Positions 9,322 to 20,176 of a stretch of 64,000 nucleotides of DNA are shown here, one piece after another. Where the stretch lies: contig DASRSW010000062.1 of assembly GCA_035656275.1 (NCBI GenBank), positions 986 through 64,985 on the forward strand, given 5' to 3'. The stretch is from Thermoplasmata archaeon (GTDB lineage Archaea; Thermoplasmatota; Thermoplasmata; Lutacidiplasmatales; UBA184). A program made the translations under genes and the position numbers. Numbering within the stretch: position 1 is the stretch's first letter; the number at the start of each line of letters is the position of its first letter. Under the pieces are notes generated by a model. The model did not search any database. It was given only the letters and a program-made list of their open reading frames with translations, and was not told where the DNA came from.

Positions 9322-10359
9322 TCAGTCGGAGGTAGGAGCTGGATGAAAGCCTCGTAGTACGCTCACCATTCTTTCGATAGCCTCAATCGAGCGATAGACG
9401 GCGGGAATCTCGAATCTCCTCTGACTCTTGTGGATGATGTTATTCCTGATGTTGTAGACTTTCTCGACATCCGCAATCAGCTGGCTTACATCAGACCGCG
9501 CTTCAAGTACTTCGATAATGAACCTGGTGAGTCCGATTAGTGGAATGTTCCTGATGATCTCCTCGGCGTGGGTTCGCCTTTGCTCCTCCACTCCGCTCTC
9601 GGTTCCGAATCTAGACGCGAGATAGGCTTCGATCTCGGCTTCTAGCGCTATCACCAGCTCGATGTAGACCAGGTCGTATTCCCTAGTCACGTAGTGAATT
9701 CTGCATCTGGCGAGGTAGTTTCGTCTAAGCTGCGTGCGTCCGTCGTAGTCGATTGTCAGGATTCTGAATCTCTCAAGCTCTGCCCGACCAGCCGGCCAGT
9801 CAGCGGTGTAGCACAAGTCTAGGTAGACGATTGCTTCAGGGGGAGTTGTCTCGAGAATGAAGCGAATCTTGCGTAACGTCGGTAATGGGCCTAGGTCCGC
9901 ACTCTTCACGCGATAGGAGGTCTCCCAGTACCCTTCGGAGGCGGTATCGTCGATGGCGGCCGCGAGCCTTTCTTCCAGATTCGTTGTATCAAGGCGACCC
10001 GCCGAGGCCAATCCCAATTCGTAGTCGGAGTAGTCGAGCACTGCCAGTTCGACGGACTCGACCGGGATCCCCGCCGCTTCCGAAATCCACTTGTCAAGAT
10101 TCTGACGGGTCAGCCCGAGACCGTCTAGGCGGACAATGGCGGTACCCACCGTAGTCTCGTACCAACAGTCGAGTCCGTCATGCTCGCGAGACGGAGCGAA
10201 CGCCGCAGAATCGGGATTCGGCCGGCGAGAATCTAAGTCTATTTTCCGATCTGCAGGTCGGAATAGACAGCTCAGGGCGTGGTCGTCAGTCTCCGGGACC
10301 GCGTTTCGCCATTTCAACGCCGCTGAATCGCCTATCCAGAGAGTCGACCAATCCGCCAT
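9322..10359 (-). CDS. HEPN-domain protein (ApeA-like C-terminus)
   Basis: C-terminal helical region with LVIALE and IRNNIIH (Rx4H). Confidence 0.7.
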   Translation of the reverse strand: MADWSTLWIGDSAALKWRNAVPETDDHALSCLFRPADRKIDLDSRRPNPDSAAFAPSREHDGLDCWYETTVGTAIVRLDGLGLTRQNLDKWISEAAGIPVESVELAVLDYSDYELGLASAGRLDTTNLEERLAAAIDDTASEGYWETSYRVKSADLGPLPTLRKIRFILETTPPEAIVYLDLCYTADWPAGRAELERFRILTIDYDGRTQLRRNYLARCRIHYVTREYDLVYIELVIALEAEIEAYLASRFGTESGVEEQRRTHAEEIIRNIPLIGLTRFIIEVLEARSDVSQLIADVEKVYNIRNNIIHKSQRRFEIPAVYRSIEAIERMVSVLRGFHPAPTSD

Positions 10360-10617
10360 CGCCGGGACAAAGGGCGCCGTCCCAAAGCGATTGTCTTGTA
10401 CCAGGTCCGGTGGGGCCTATTGACACGCGACTCGACCTACCTCGCCCGGCTCCGTGCGTCAATGCGCTGTTGCGAGGTCCCCTCTCAGACCCGTTTTGAG
10501 AAAGAGTGGCCCATCACATGCCGTCTCCGCCCGGGCTTCTCGCACCTCGGCCGTTACGGGCTCGACACGGTGTGCGGGCCGAGCGCACCATCCGAAAGGT
10601 GGCTTCAGGCGGCGCGA

Positions 10618-11502
10618 TCAAATCGTCTCTTCCCTCCCACCCGAAAGCTCCCGGGCACGGCCTACCAAGAGCAATCGCACTAGCGCCCGGAGGTACCCAT
10701 ATCCGTTATTCAACTCGTCTGGGCTCTTCGCGTCCCACTCGTCATGCACGACCCTGTTTCGGGTCTCCCCCAGGGCCTCCAACTTTTGGACCTCGACATC
10801 ATTCAAGCCGAGCCTCCGGGCGGCTTCCATCCGCTGGGCCTCGTGCTCGTTTGTAAGGCAGACTACGGCCTTCCACAAGAGGACCATCGCGAGCGCCCCC
10901 GCGTATCCAAAGCCCTTCTGGACCTGAACCATGCTCTCGCGCTCCTCTCGTGCCGCGTTGATTCCGGCCTCATACACCCAAATCGCCCGCTTGTAGAATA
11001 GCAGTGCAGAACTGAGGGCGCTGTCCGCCGCTGTGGCCCACTCTGCTCCTTCGCGAAAGTCAGAGGCGAGCCGCGTCGTGTTCCAGCCGGCAAACGAGTG
11101 AGTCATCATCTCGGAAGTTCCGACCGTTCCGCCGGCCTCAGTCCAAGCACGTTGATACTTCGCCTTGAAAACCACGTTCGTCCCCAGCCCAGCGGTAACC
11201 TCCAGGTCCCGAACAGCTTCAGTGGTGAGGTCAATCGCGCCCCAGAGATCGTTCCCCATAACAGTGAGGGACACAACCAAGATGTTGTCCTTGAGAGAGT
11301 ACTGGTAACCCTTGAGGGGGAACGTGATGTCAATCGCCTCCTCTGGCGACCTGCTCCGCGGCGTAGTTTCGCCGTCAGGCTGTAGCAGGGTGGTTCCATC
11401 CGGAAGTCCGAACTGCGTCCGAGGTTCGAGTTCGAACTCGACGAATGCTCGCGTGGGGACTGGAGGTGGCCCGAACCACTTCCTACGCGCTTCCTCATCC
11501 AT
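10618..11502 (-). CDS. HEPN-domain protein (ApeA-like)
   Basis: LLWKAV and TRNRVVH (Rx4H) at the C-terminus; ATG 11502 chosen as start. Confidence 0.65.
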   Translation of the reverse strand: MDEEARRKWFGPPPVPTRAFVEFELEPRTQFGLPDGTTLLQPDGETTPRSRSPEEAIDITFPLKGYQYSLKDNILVVSLTVMGNDLWGAIDLTTEAVRDLEVTAGLGTNVVFKAKYQRAWTEAGGTVGTSEMMTHSFAGWNTTRLASDFREGAEWATAADSALSSALLFYKRAIWVYEAGINAAREERESMVQVQKGFGYAGALAMVLLWKAVVCLTNEHEAQRMEAARRLGLNDVEVQKLEALGETRNRVVHDEWDAKSPDELNNGYGYLRALVRLLLVGRARELSGGREETI

Positions 11503-12788
11503 GCGACCCAACAGGTCCTCCTTCTCAAGAAAGCTCCCAGAGCTCGACGGTCTGATCGGTCGGGTCCTCCCCCTGGGCCGCAATGGCGTGGATTCTCGGT
11601 CCTACCCCTCGGGCCGAATCCCTAACCAGGAATCGCAGATCTGTTCGCATCTGGAAACTGGTGCCCCGCTTGCGGACCGTTCATTCCTTTCAGCCTCGGA
11701 GCCAATCGGAAGTGAACCACATGGACGCGACGTTCAACTTTCTGGACGCCCCCCTGTCACCGTAACAGCGAGGGCGGAGAGCCTGAGGAAGGACTCCTGA
11801 CTGGCCCCGGCTCCGAGACCCATCTCCTCTCGCCGGCAGGCCTGCAACCCGCCACCATGTTCGTCTTCAGACCCTCCCTTACCCGATCATGGGAAGGGTT
11901 TCACGGTCCAGGAATCGGCACAAGAGACCGACTTTGTCATGAGGTCCAGCCGCGATGCTTGCATTAGACGGATCACCCTCGCCGAGCAAGGATCCCAGCA
12001 GCCGTGGGGTCCGTTATGTGGGCTAAACCGACTCTGCGGCCAACGCCCTGTCTATGAATACAAGAGCTTGGGCCGACGTCGATCTAAACTCTCTTCGAGC
12101 CACCTTCTGAAGCTTCGTCAGAAGCCCCTTCGGCAGGTAGACGGCTAGCGCAGCTCGGCCCTCCGCTTGCGGCTTGCGTGAACGCGACATTCCCCGGTTC
12201 CCTCAATGGCCAGCAGCCAATCCGTCGAGAGGACACCCGGCGCCCCCTCGACTCGGGACGTTCGGTGGACAACAGCGGCGCGTATATATTCGTTAGCCGA
12301 GGCTCGCTCTCGGGTCTCATTGGCCAGCCGTTCCGGCTCTGACTCCTGGGACAGGAGTCGCACCTTGAACTCGCACCGCCGTCACCATGCTGATAGGTGT
12401 CGGCGAGAGTAGAAAGCAAGAGCCTAACTAGTCCTATCGACGCTGTACGTCACAGCTCGAGGTTTCGGGCAGAAGATTTACGAGGGGGCCGATCTGCCCG
12501 ATGGCGGCTGCCTCCGATCGCACTCGAGATGGTAAAAGTCTTGGCGCCATCAGCTAGCAAGCTTGGCACCTAGCGTTTTCCCGGAACCGGGCTGCCATGT
12601 CGAGGGAGCAAGCCAATCGATGTCGTTAGGGCGTTACAGACGACATTTGTGACTGTTCACGATGGATCATTGGCCCGATCCGGCAACTCTCCGCGAGCTG
12701 GCCACTAGGCATCCTATTCTTCTAGGACGCCCTCTCGCCTCTGGCGGTTACTAATCCTTCCCGGCATCCATTTGGCCAACCGGCAAAC

Positions 12789-12827
12789 CGGGTGTGCAAG
12801 GAGCCCCTTGGGTGACCTGCTGCTAGA
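12789..12827 (+). promoter_or_regulatory. Conserved leader element, copy 2
   Basis: CGGGTGTGCAAGGAGCCCCTTGGGTGACCTGCTGCTAGA, about 95 bp upstream of the paralog start, matching the spacing of copy 1. Confidence 0.55.
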
Positions 12828-12922
12828 GTACCTCCGCGCACGACACTATACAACATGTTGCAGCACTAAGACGCTAGGGTACGTTATATTCTAGCGTGCC
12901 ACTACGGCGCACAGGTGGGTCT

Positions 12923-13720
12923 ATGCGACGAAATCCTCAAGAAGAAACTGCCGTCCACGTGAAAAGACGAATCCCAAGGGGAATGATCGGCCTCGGGGCC
13001 GTTGCCCTGGCGCTGCTAGTAGCAGTGTCGCCGTTGGCGTCGGCCAACTGGGTCAATGGGACTTGGGTGAGAATAGCGACAGCCTCTGTGGCGGGCCCGA
13101 CCGCAGGGAGTGGGGTCAACACCCCGACTCCCGGGCAGCCGACAGCCGTGGGCCCAATTCCCGTCAGGGTAACTTTCGGCTTTACAAGCACTTCGGGCCC
13201 GGCGATTGGGTGGGCGAACTACCATCAGCAGGCCACGGCCTGGGCCCTCCCCACTTTCGCTGCGTGGAAGGGGGTCGGGGCTAGCTACAATGTCAGCGTT
13301 CTCTTCGGTTACCAGATCAGGGCCAACGACGTCGTGGCAAGCGTGAACTGCGTGAACGGCGGGACAGCGAACGCGACCGCCATCATCATCGTCCAGCTTG
13401 CCATCTACGACGTGACCACCGGTACGTATGCAGCGGCGCTGGGCCCCCCAGGCGGGATACCTATCTGGCTTCCGTACCAGGTCAGCTGTACCACCGGCGG
13501 GTCCGCTACGGCTGGCAACCCGGCGATGAGTCTTCCTGCGCTGGGCAACCTGACGGGTCCAATCGGCATCCACTTGACCGCCGGAAATGTCTACCAGGTC
13601 GAGGGACTGATTGCGGCGTACGGGAGCGCTTACACCACGGCGGTGGGAGCCACGGCTTCGGCGACCGTCAACTTCCCCGCGGGCGATTACGTCGAGATCG
13701 CGAGCTCAAACGCGTACTGA
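12923..13720 (+). CDS. Secreted Ala/Gly/Thr-rich beta-strand protein, paralog 2
   Basis: Signal peptide (SPLASA); shares GQPTAxGP, VNC, ANATA, AIYDVTTGxYAAALGP and GNLTGPIGI with 133..966; ends in Tyr. Confidence 0.8.
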   Translation: MRRNPQEETAVHVKRRIPRGMIGLGAVALALLVAVSPLASANWVNGTWVRIATASVAGPTAGSGVNTPTPGQPTAVGPIPVRVTFGFTSTSGPAIGWANYHQQATAWALPTFAAWKGVGASYNVSVLFGYQIRANDVVASVNCVNGGTANATAIIIVQLAIYDVTTGTYAAALGPPGGIPIWLPYQVSCTTGGSATAGNPAMSLPALGNLTGPIGIHLTAGNVYQVEGLIAAYGSAYTTAVGATASATVNFPAGDYVEIASSNAY

Positions 13721-14172
13721 GGGTGAATCCGCGGAGCCGTAGCCTGCCGCGCTGTGAGCCACGCCAACCCATTCCCTTCTCTCTTTTCAAGGGGCGCGCC
13801 ACGTGACCTGAGTGGATAGCCCTGATCGAGCATGCCGGCCACGAAACTTGGATCCATCCGGAGTGCGGGTTCCTACGGACGCAACTCTGGAATCCGACTT
13901 CCTCTTTCGAGCTCACTGAACGCGTGCGAATGTCAACAGGCATTAGGACTGGGGCAGACTGTCCAAAAGATCTCGGGCGCCTCTCGCTGAAGGGGTTGGC
14001 AAGGCGAGGGCCGCTACTACGTCCGGTCCGCTGATGCAACGCGGTTGGAACGTACGCTGGCGCTTGGCGCCCCGGATTCTGCAACAGGGCTCCATATTGC
14101 CGCCACTAGTCATCGAGATGAGCGCACTCAAACCCTCGCTCCGTTCTCGGCGGTAGAGCGGAAGCCCACTAC

Positions 14173-14709
14173 TCATCCGGTGGGGGTATCGTTGGTGTTT
14201 TCTCCTCCGATCTTCTTACCCATGAACTGGTACGTAGCCTCGTAGCCCATTGATCGGTAGAATGCATGCGCTTGCGCATTCCCGGCGAAGGTCCCCAAAG
14301 TCGACCAGTCGAATCCGTCGCACGAAAAGGCCTGCTCAATCGCGGAAAAGAGTTCCCGCCCTATCCCACGTCGACGGAAGGCCGCATCCACATGGGCCTC
14401 CATAATCATGAGCGTCTTCTTGCGCGTCTGATCCCACGGCTGAGCCTCCTTGGGTAGTGCTGCAATGAACCCGCACCTCGTGCCCTCTTCCAGGGCAACG
14501 AGGAACTTGCCCCCCTCGTTTTGAGTCTTTTGAATCAGTCTTGGGAGGTAACTGTCGGGGAAGTCGTCTCCTACACCCATTTCGGGAACACGACGTCTCT
14601 CTTCTTCAAGATAAGCGGCGAAAACCGATCTCACGAATCCAAAGTCCGTTTCCTCATAGGCCCTCACCACGCGCGTCATTCGCGGGACCGAGGGCGGTAA
14701 CTGGTACAA
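14173..14709 (-). CDS. GNAT family acetyltransferase
   Basis: HVDAAFRRRGIGRELF acetyl-CoA motif; NAQAHAFYRSMGY. Confidence 0.88.
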   Translation of the reverse strand: MYQLPPSVPRMTRVVRAYEETDFGFVRSVFAAYLEEERRRVPEMGVGDDFPDSYLPRLIQKTQNEGGKFLVALEEGTRCGFIAALPKEAQPWDQTRKKTLMIMEAHVDAAFRRRGIGRELFSAIEQAFSCDGFDWSTLGTFAGNAQAHAFYRSMGYEATYQFMGKKIGGENTNDTPTG

Positions 14710-15000
14710 ATAGCGGCACCCTTCCGCGACCTTGACCTCGCCCCTCGCAATCCGGCTTCACGGTAGCTTGAGTTCGTCAAGATCCCAAATTAGTGCTTGC
14801 TGCGGGCTATTTGACTGTCCGTAGAGTTGTGGTATTCGAAGCGGCTCTTGTCCGAATTCCATATCTTAACCGAAGTGTAACTCCAGCCTACAATAGATCT
14901 GTTGCCCGATTAGGAAACCAAAAGCGACGCTCGGAAGAACAAGGCTAGCGTACGGCCCTGATTCAGGATCGCGTCGGGCCATCCGACACGCGGTAGGTTC

Positions 15001-15870
15001 CTAACACCAACCGGAAAGCATGCGATGGCAGTCCCAAGGAAGGTAGTTCCGAAAGGCGATAGGGAGAGGCTGCTCGAGTGAGCAGTCGAGTGAACCCAGA
15101 GCCGACCCGTGGCGGGCGAGGAGGTTCCGTGTCTCGCGGGGTTCTTGAGCGACCCGGTTCCTCCGGACAGTCTTGGTGATACGACCGTTCTTGATCTTGT
15201 GGTCCACGTCGCACCGCTCCGCGATCCACGGATCGTGGGTCACGATGATGGTGGTCGTTGCCGATTCGCGAGCCGCCCGGAGGAGATATTCCAGCACGTT
15301 CGACCGTGCGCTGGGATCGAGATTGCCTGTGGGCTCATCGGCCAGGATGAGTGCAGGACGCTTGGCGATGGCGCGGGCGATTCCCGCCCTCTGCTGTTCG
15401 CCACCGCTCATATGCCCGGGGCGATGTTCGGCCCGTTTAGCCATCCCTACTGCGCGGAGCGCCTCCATGGCACGCTCCCGCCGTTCCCTCTTCGAGACGT
15501 CCAGCGGCTCCAGCGCAGCCGCCACGTTCTCCCGAGCCGACAGCCAAGGGAAAAGATAGTACGATTGGAAGATGAACCCCACCGTGTGCGCACGGTAGTC
15601 GACCAACTCCCGATCCGACATCTCGGTCAGTTCACGGCCGTCGACCGAGATGGAACCAGAGTCCGGCCGATCGAGGCCGCCAATCAGACTCAGCAGGGTT
15701 GTCTTCCCGCTGCCGCTGTCGCCTCGAATGGCCACGACCGCTCCCTTCGGCACGCGCAGACTGATCCCCGTCAATGCATCGACTTCGGCAGTCTTTCGAG
15801 TCGCCCGATAGCGGCGGCACACGTTCCGCACAACGACCATGTCGCCGCTGTCTCCTTCGAGTTCACTCAT
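15001..15870 (-). CDS. ABC transporter ATP-binding protein (LolD/MacB-like)
   Basis: GDSGSGKT, MSGGEQQR, ILADEPTGNLD, VTHD. Confidence 0.93.
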   Translation of the reverse strand: MSELEGDSGDMVVVRNVCRRYRATRKTAEVDALTGISLRVPKGAVVAIRGDSGSGKTTLLSLIGGLDRPDSGSISVDGRELTEMSDRELVDYRAHTVGFIFQSYYLFPWLSARENVAAALEPLDVSKRERRERAMEALRAVGMAKRAEHRPGHMSGGEQQRAGIARAIAKRPALILADEPTGNLDPSARSNVLEYLLRAARESATTTIIVTHDPWIAERCDVDHKIKNGRITKTVRRNRVAQEPRETRNLLARHGSALGSLDCSLEQPLPIAFRNYLPWDCHRMLSGWC

Positions 15871-17092
15871 CGCGAAGCGCCTCCGTAGGCGGCAGGCGAA
15901 GCGCCCGAATGCTCGGATAAATAGCCCCGAGGACGCCGAAGAGAAGGGTCACCGCCAGCCCGACCAAGAGTAGGTCCGTCGTGAGAACTATCTGAACGCC
16001 ATTCAACAGTTGGCCGCCAGCGTATCCCCCGGCCGCGCCGCCCACCGCCCACTCAGCCACTGCGGGGCCCAGGAGGAGGGCCAAGCCGAACGCGGCGGGG
16101 AGTCCGAGAAGTGCTACCAGAAACGACTCCAGTGAAACTTGGGCCAGGATTCTGGAATTGCGGTGGCCCAACGCTTTCATGAGTCCGAATTCTCGGGTCC
16201 GACGCGAGGTGACGACAACCATGGTCGTGACGACCACAAGCGCGCCCCCGACCAGTGCGACATACTGGGCGGTTTCGGAACTGGCGAGGATCGACGATAC
16301 GGCTCCCCGAAGCGCCTCATGATTGGCGTTGGCGAGGCTCTGGACGTTGTAGCCGCTGCCGAGGGAGTGCTGCAGGCTTGAGACGACCGAGGAGACTTGC
16401 GCCTTCGGCGTGAGGTAGGCGTACACGATTGTGGCGTTCGTAGTGCCGAGCGCCGACGTTCCGCTGGGGAACGGTGCGATGACGGTTTCTCCGCCCTCGG
16501 CACAAGTCGGCGCGTTAAAGATGCCGACCACGGTGAATGTCGCACCGTTCAGGCTGAGCGGACTCCCCGCCCGTAAGCCATTGTCGGAGGCGTATTCTGA
16601 CCCGACTACGGCCGCGCTTCCCTGCTCGTCACCGTACGACAGGGTACGTCCGGCGTTCATTGTGAGGGTGGTCGCGCCTCCCAATCCCGCCAACAGGAGG
16701 AAAACCGGGCCAGTCGTATCGATGGCCTGAACGTTCGGATCGCTGCTGGACCCGCATATCGGGTTAGAGGGGTTCAGAAATTCGGGCTGCCAGGTGATGC
16801 GCTGGACCGATGCTACCGTCGATAGCTGATCGATTTCCTGTACCGTGCCCGGCGTAACTCCAGCCCCAATCGAGAAATTGAACGTCCCCCCGCCGAACGA
16901 GTTACCCGCCAACTGAACTGTCACAATGTTCTGAACCGAACTGACGGCCTGCCCGGCCCCGGAGACCACGGCGGCGTTTACTTGGCTCAGAACAAGGAAC
17001 ACCCCGAGCGTAAGCGCGACGACGACAAGGACGCCGATGCTCCGGACAGGGTGGCGACTTACGGTCGAACCTACCCTCGAGAGAAGGCTCAC
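15863..17092 (-). CDS. ABC transporter permease (FtsX/MacB-like)
   Basis: N-terminal TM, extracellular domain, RRTREFGLMKALG, YPSIRALRLPPTEALR; overlaps the ATPase start. Confidence 0.9.
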   Translation of the reverse strand: MSLLSRVGSTVSRHPVRSIGVLVVVALTLGVFLVLSQVNAAVVSGAGQAVSSVQNIVTVQLAGNSFGGGTFNFSIGAGVTPGTVQEIDQLSTVASVQRITWQPEFLNPSNPICGSSSDPNVQAIDTTGPVFLLLAGLGGATTLTMNAGRTLSYGDEQGSAAVVGSEYASDNGLRAGSPLSLNGATFTVVGIFNAPTCAEGGETVIAPFPSGTSALGTTNATIVYAYLTPKAQVSSVVSSLQHSLGSGYNVQSLANANHEALRGAVSSILASSETAQYVALVGGALVVVTTMVVVTSRRTREFGLMKALGHRNSRILAQVSLESFLVALLGLPAAFGLALLLGPAVAEWAVGGAAGGYAGGQLLNGVQIVLTTDLLLVGLAVTLLFGVLGAIYPSIRALRLPPTEALRDE

Positions 17093-17576
17093 CCACGTTG
17101 GAGCCCGCCACTCCTACATATTCCTTAGTGGTCTTCTCAGCGAGTCGAGGGGCCGAGAGGGGGCCTCCGTCGCCAGAATCGCCTGTTGCGTGACTTCGAC
17201 GAACAGCACCTGCCGGAGACGCGCATTCACCTGACGCCACTGCACTGCACCCAGAGCAGCTGTTGGAACTCACCCACTCTTCTGGTCAGACCGCACCGTT
17301 TCACCTGCCTTCCGCGGGGTGAGACGATGAACCAAAGCATCACTCCGCCCACGACCGAGCCCGCCGACCCCCGCTGCGACAACCGGTGTCCCCCGCCTCC
17401 GCACCGTCACCGGAAACCGATGGCCCCGATAGTGCGGCTGTAGCCAGCCGATCCCCCACGACCCCGAGATCCGCTAGGTCGTCGACTTCGGCGCCTCGCG
17501 CCCCTACCCCGCCTATCTCCGTGAGCACTCCCCCGACTTCGGGAGCTATCGCGGGGCGGCGTCCACCGGGCCGAAG

Positions 17577-17927
17577 GTGACGGTCGTCGAAGTCCCCCGG
17601 TTCACCCCCGCGAGCGATCTTCCTTGTCCAACGGCCGTCGCGCCCGAGATCGCCCACGCCAACGACGACTCCTCTCCCTCGCCCGAGGCCGGTCGCGCCT
17701 GGGCCCTCGGCCAGCTCGTCATCAACGCGGGCCAGTTCGAGTCCGCCCGCAGCGGCTTCGCCTCCTACGCCGCGAACGGCGAAACCGAAGCGCAGCTCCG
17801 TGCCCGCGTGAACCGCGTCATCCTCGAGGACCTGGAGCAGAAGGTGCTCGCCCTCCGCGAGAAGCTCCGCGACCGCCTGGAAGGCTCGTCGTTCGGGGAT
17901 TTCGTGGCGCGTGGCCATCCGAGGTAG
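17577..17927 (+). CDS. Hypothetical protein, 116 aa (mobile-element-like)
   Basis: Strong GC3 bias; C-terminal coiled-coil-like helix. Confidence 0.5.
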   Translation: MTVVEVPRFTPASDLPCPTAVAPEIAHANDDSSPSPEAGRAWALGQLVINAGQFESARSGFASYAANGETEAQLRARVNRVILEDLEQKVLALREKLRDRLEGSSFGDFVARGHPR

Positions 17928-18141
17928 GTCCGGCTGGGGGGAGCTCGGGGAGATTACTATCAAAGCCTCAGACTCTGAAGTTTGCCGCTGCCACTAATCG
18001 ATTCACTTTGACGGAAGGACGAGAACTTATTCGAGTCCCAAATTTTGGGCTTTCTTGCTTGGTGGGAGGCTGTTTTGGCTCCGTCGAGCTCGGGGATCTA
18101 ACTTTAGTCGACCGTCTGGAAAGTCGGAGTCGGCGTCCTAC

Positions 18142-18702
18142 TCAGTCGTGAGGCTCGAGCCATTTTCCCATGCACAGAACGTCGGTCGGAACGTTTCGTA
18201 ACACGACGTGACCCCGAAGGCGACCCTCCACCTCGAAACCCACCTTCCGATAGAGTGCGATGGCCGGCTCATTCGAAGCGAATACTACGAGAGCAAGCTT
18301 TCGAATTCCGACGTGCCGACTCCACTCAATCCCCTGGAGAAGTAGTGCTTCGCCGAGGCCCAGCCTGCGCGCTCGGCGTTGGATCGATATCGCAATTTCC
18401 CCTACATGGGCGTTCTTTTCGAACTTTCCCCGAATGAAGTCGATGGCGGCCACTAGTCGACCATCGCGAAAGGCTACAAGGGAGAGACCTCGCGTCCCAT
18501 CGTAGCTCTCAAGTCGCTTTCGTTCTTCCTCCGGCGAGCGTGTCACTCGCTCGGGTCCAATGTAGACTTCCTCCGCGCCCACTTCGTTAAGGTGGGCCAG
18601 AAGGGCTTCCGCGTCACCCTGTTCGGCTCGACGGACTAAGGCAGTGGATCCATCCTTCAGCTGAATCGTTCTCGGCGAGAACATGATTTGGAAACCGGGC
18701 AT
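18142..18702 (-). CDS. GNAT family acetyltransferase (RimJ/RimL/YhhY-like)
   Basis: RRLGLGEALL; VFASNEPAIALYRKVGFEVEG. Confidence 0.88.
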   Translation of the reverse strand: MPGFQIMFSPRTIQLKDGSTALVRRAEQGDAEALLAHLNEVGAEEVYIGPERVTRSPEEERKRLESYDGTRGLSLVAFRDGRLVAAIDFIRGKFEKNAHVGEIAISIQRRARRLGLGEALLLQGIEWSRHVGIRKLALVVFASNEPAIALYRKVGFEVEGRLRGHVVLRNVPTDVLCMGKWLEPHD

Positions 18703-19039
18703 TGACCCGCCTAGGGCCAGCTCCTCAGCCCATACAGCGGATCCCCGATACTCCGACCCCCGTCAGCCCCCTCATCTGGATGGTCAGCCGCCCACTCCAA
18801 GAAGGTGTCCGTCGCGGCCGCCACGCATTCGGGGTCGAGCACCAGCCGGCGGAGAAGGAAGCGGAGCTTCCCCAGGTCGACGTCCGCCGAGAGGCGACTC
18901 TTCAGCGAGCGGGCCGCGTGCCAGGAGCGGACCTTGGGGTTCTGGGGCAGCCCATGGCCGGGTCCAGGGCCGATATTCGCAGGCATTCCGGGGTTTCCAA
19001 ATCGGTCTAGTATTTGTGTATTCAGACCGCTCCGACCGA

Positions 19040-19075
19040 GGGGCGGGGACGGATTCGAACCGCCCGGCGGTTCAA
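19040..19075 (-). repeat. tRNA 3'-end-like remnant or att-like site sharing the island motif core
   Basis: Minus strand GGCGG-TTCGAAT-CCGTC-CCCGCCC resembles a T-arm plus acceptor 3' strand; inverted repeat GAACCGCC-C-GGCGGTTC. Confidence 0.5.
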
Positions 19076-19264
19076 GTATTGTGGAGGATGGCGAGGAGAC
19101 TGAATCGTCGGGACGGCACGCTCAATTCAGTGTCGACTTACGCGCCTCGCTCGCAGACTTCTATTCCCGGTCGAAGTGCAGAATTGGCGGGGCGACCGTC
19201 GACAGGGGCTCCCGATCCCAGGGCCTCTGAATCCAGGACGCAGTTCGTTGCCCACCCATCCTGG

Positions 19265-19747
19265 CTAACAGACGAGGTTGGCCGCTAGTTCTAGTTTGTC
19301 GAGACAGTTGTTCGTCCCCGGGACGAGCTTTGCGAATACCTGAGGCGCACGATGCTCGAGTTCCTCCAGCCCCTCGTGAACGACTAAGATGCTCGTCCGA
19401 TTTCCCGAGCGGGGCCTGAGACGGACCGTGACGAGCGTGTCAATGTACTCCCCCTTCTCCGGCTCAGTCCCGACAAAGGCCCACCGGTATACGAGGTGTT
19501 TTGGGGGGTCTATAGTGAGAAAGACTCCCACAAACTTTCCGGTACTGGACCCGTTCCTCGAATGCCAAACCTCAATCCGGCCGCCGACTCTCGGATCGAC
19601 GGTCACTCGATCAACTTCCAGTTCATCGGGCGCAATCCACCGGCGCAGTAAGTCTGGGTCCAAAAAGGCGCGGAAGACGCGGTCGGGCGGGGCGTTCAGG
19701 GTCCGGCCAATCCGTACCGCTAGGGGAGCCATTCTGGGCCAGATCAT
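19265..19747 (-). CDS. SRPBCC/AHSA1-like domain protein
   Basis: RTLNAPPDRVFRAFLDPDLLRRW, DPRVGG, IDPPKHLVYRW. Confidence 0.88.
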   Translation of the reverse strand: MIWPRMAPLAVRIGRTLNAPPDRVFRAFLDPDLLRRWIAPDELEVDRVTVDPRVGGRIEVWHSRNGSSTGKFVGVFLTIDPPKHLVYRWAFVGTEPEKGEYIDTLVTVRLRPRSGNRTSILVVHEGLEELEHRAPQVFAKLVPGTNNCLDKLELAANLVC

Positions 19748-20073
19748 CGAGATTCCCGTCCTCGGGGGCGTGCCTCTTCCGAAAGAACCCTATCGAGCCG
19801 ACTCAAGCCGCGCGCCCAGTATCGCTCGTAGTACGACAGCCACTTGGAGGCCTCTTGAAACGGTCGGCCTTGAATCGAATACAGATGCTGCCGGCCCGCT
19901 TTGCGGAGGCTGACCATCCCCGAGTCCAGCAGCAAGCGCAGCTGCTTCGACACCGATGGCTGCGACAGGCTGGTCTGGTCGACCAATTCATTGACCGACC
20001 TCTCACCGTGACGAAGGGCGTCGAGCAACCGTCTGCGTGAGCGTTGAGCGAGGATTTGAAAGACGTCGGCCAT
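19744..20073 (-). CDS. ArsR/SmtB family transcriptional regulator
   Basis: SRRRLLDAL...SVNEL...LSQPSVSKQLRLLLDSGMV; typical ArsR-SRPBCC pair. Confidence 0.9.
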   Translation of the reverse strand: MADVFQILAQRSRRRLLDALRHGERSVNELVDQTSLSQPSVSKQLRLLLDSGMVSLRKAGRQHLYSIQGRPFQEASKWLSYYERYWARGLSRLDRVLSEEARPRGRESR

Positions 20074-20176
20074 GGAGAAGGAATGCCCAAAGGGATATAT
20101 GTCAGCTACGGCATGCATCTACAGCGCGAACCGTAGTACTGAATTCGGACGGCGCCGCCAAGGGAGTTGGAAACCG

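Noticed and set aside
12781..12830. GGCAAACC as the start of a c-di-GMP-I riboswitch
   Set aside because: The GAAA tetraloop stem and GCAAAG-type elements that should follow are absent
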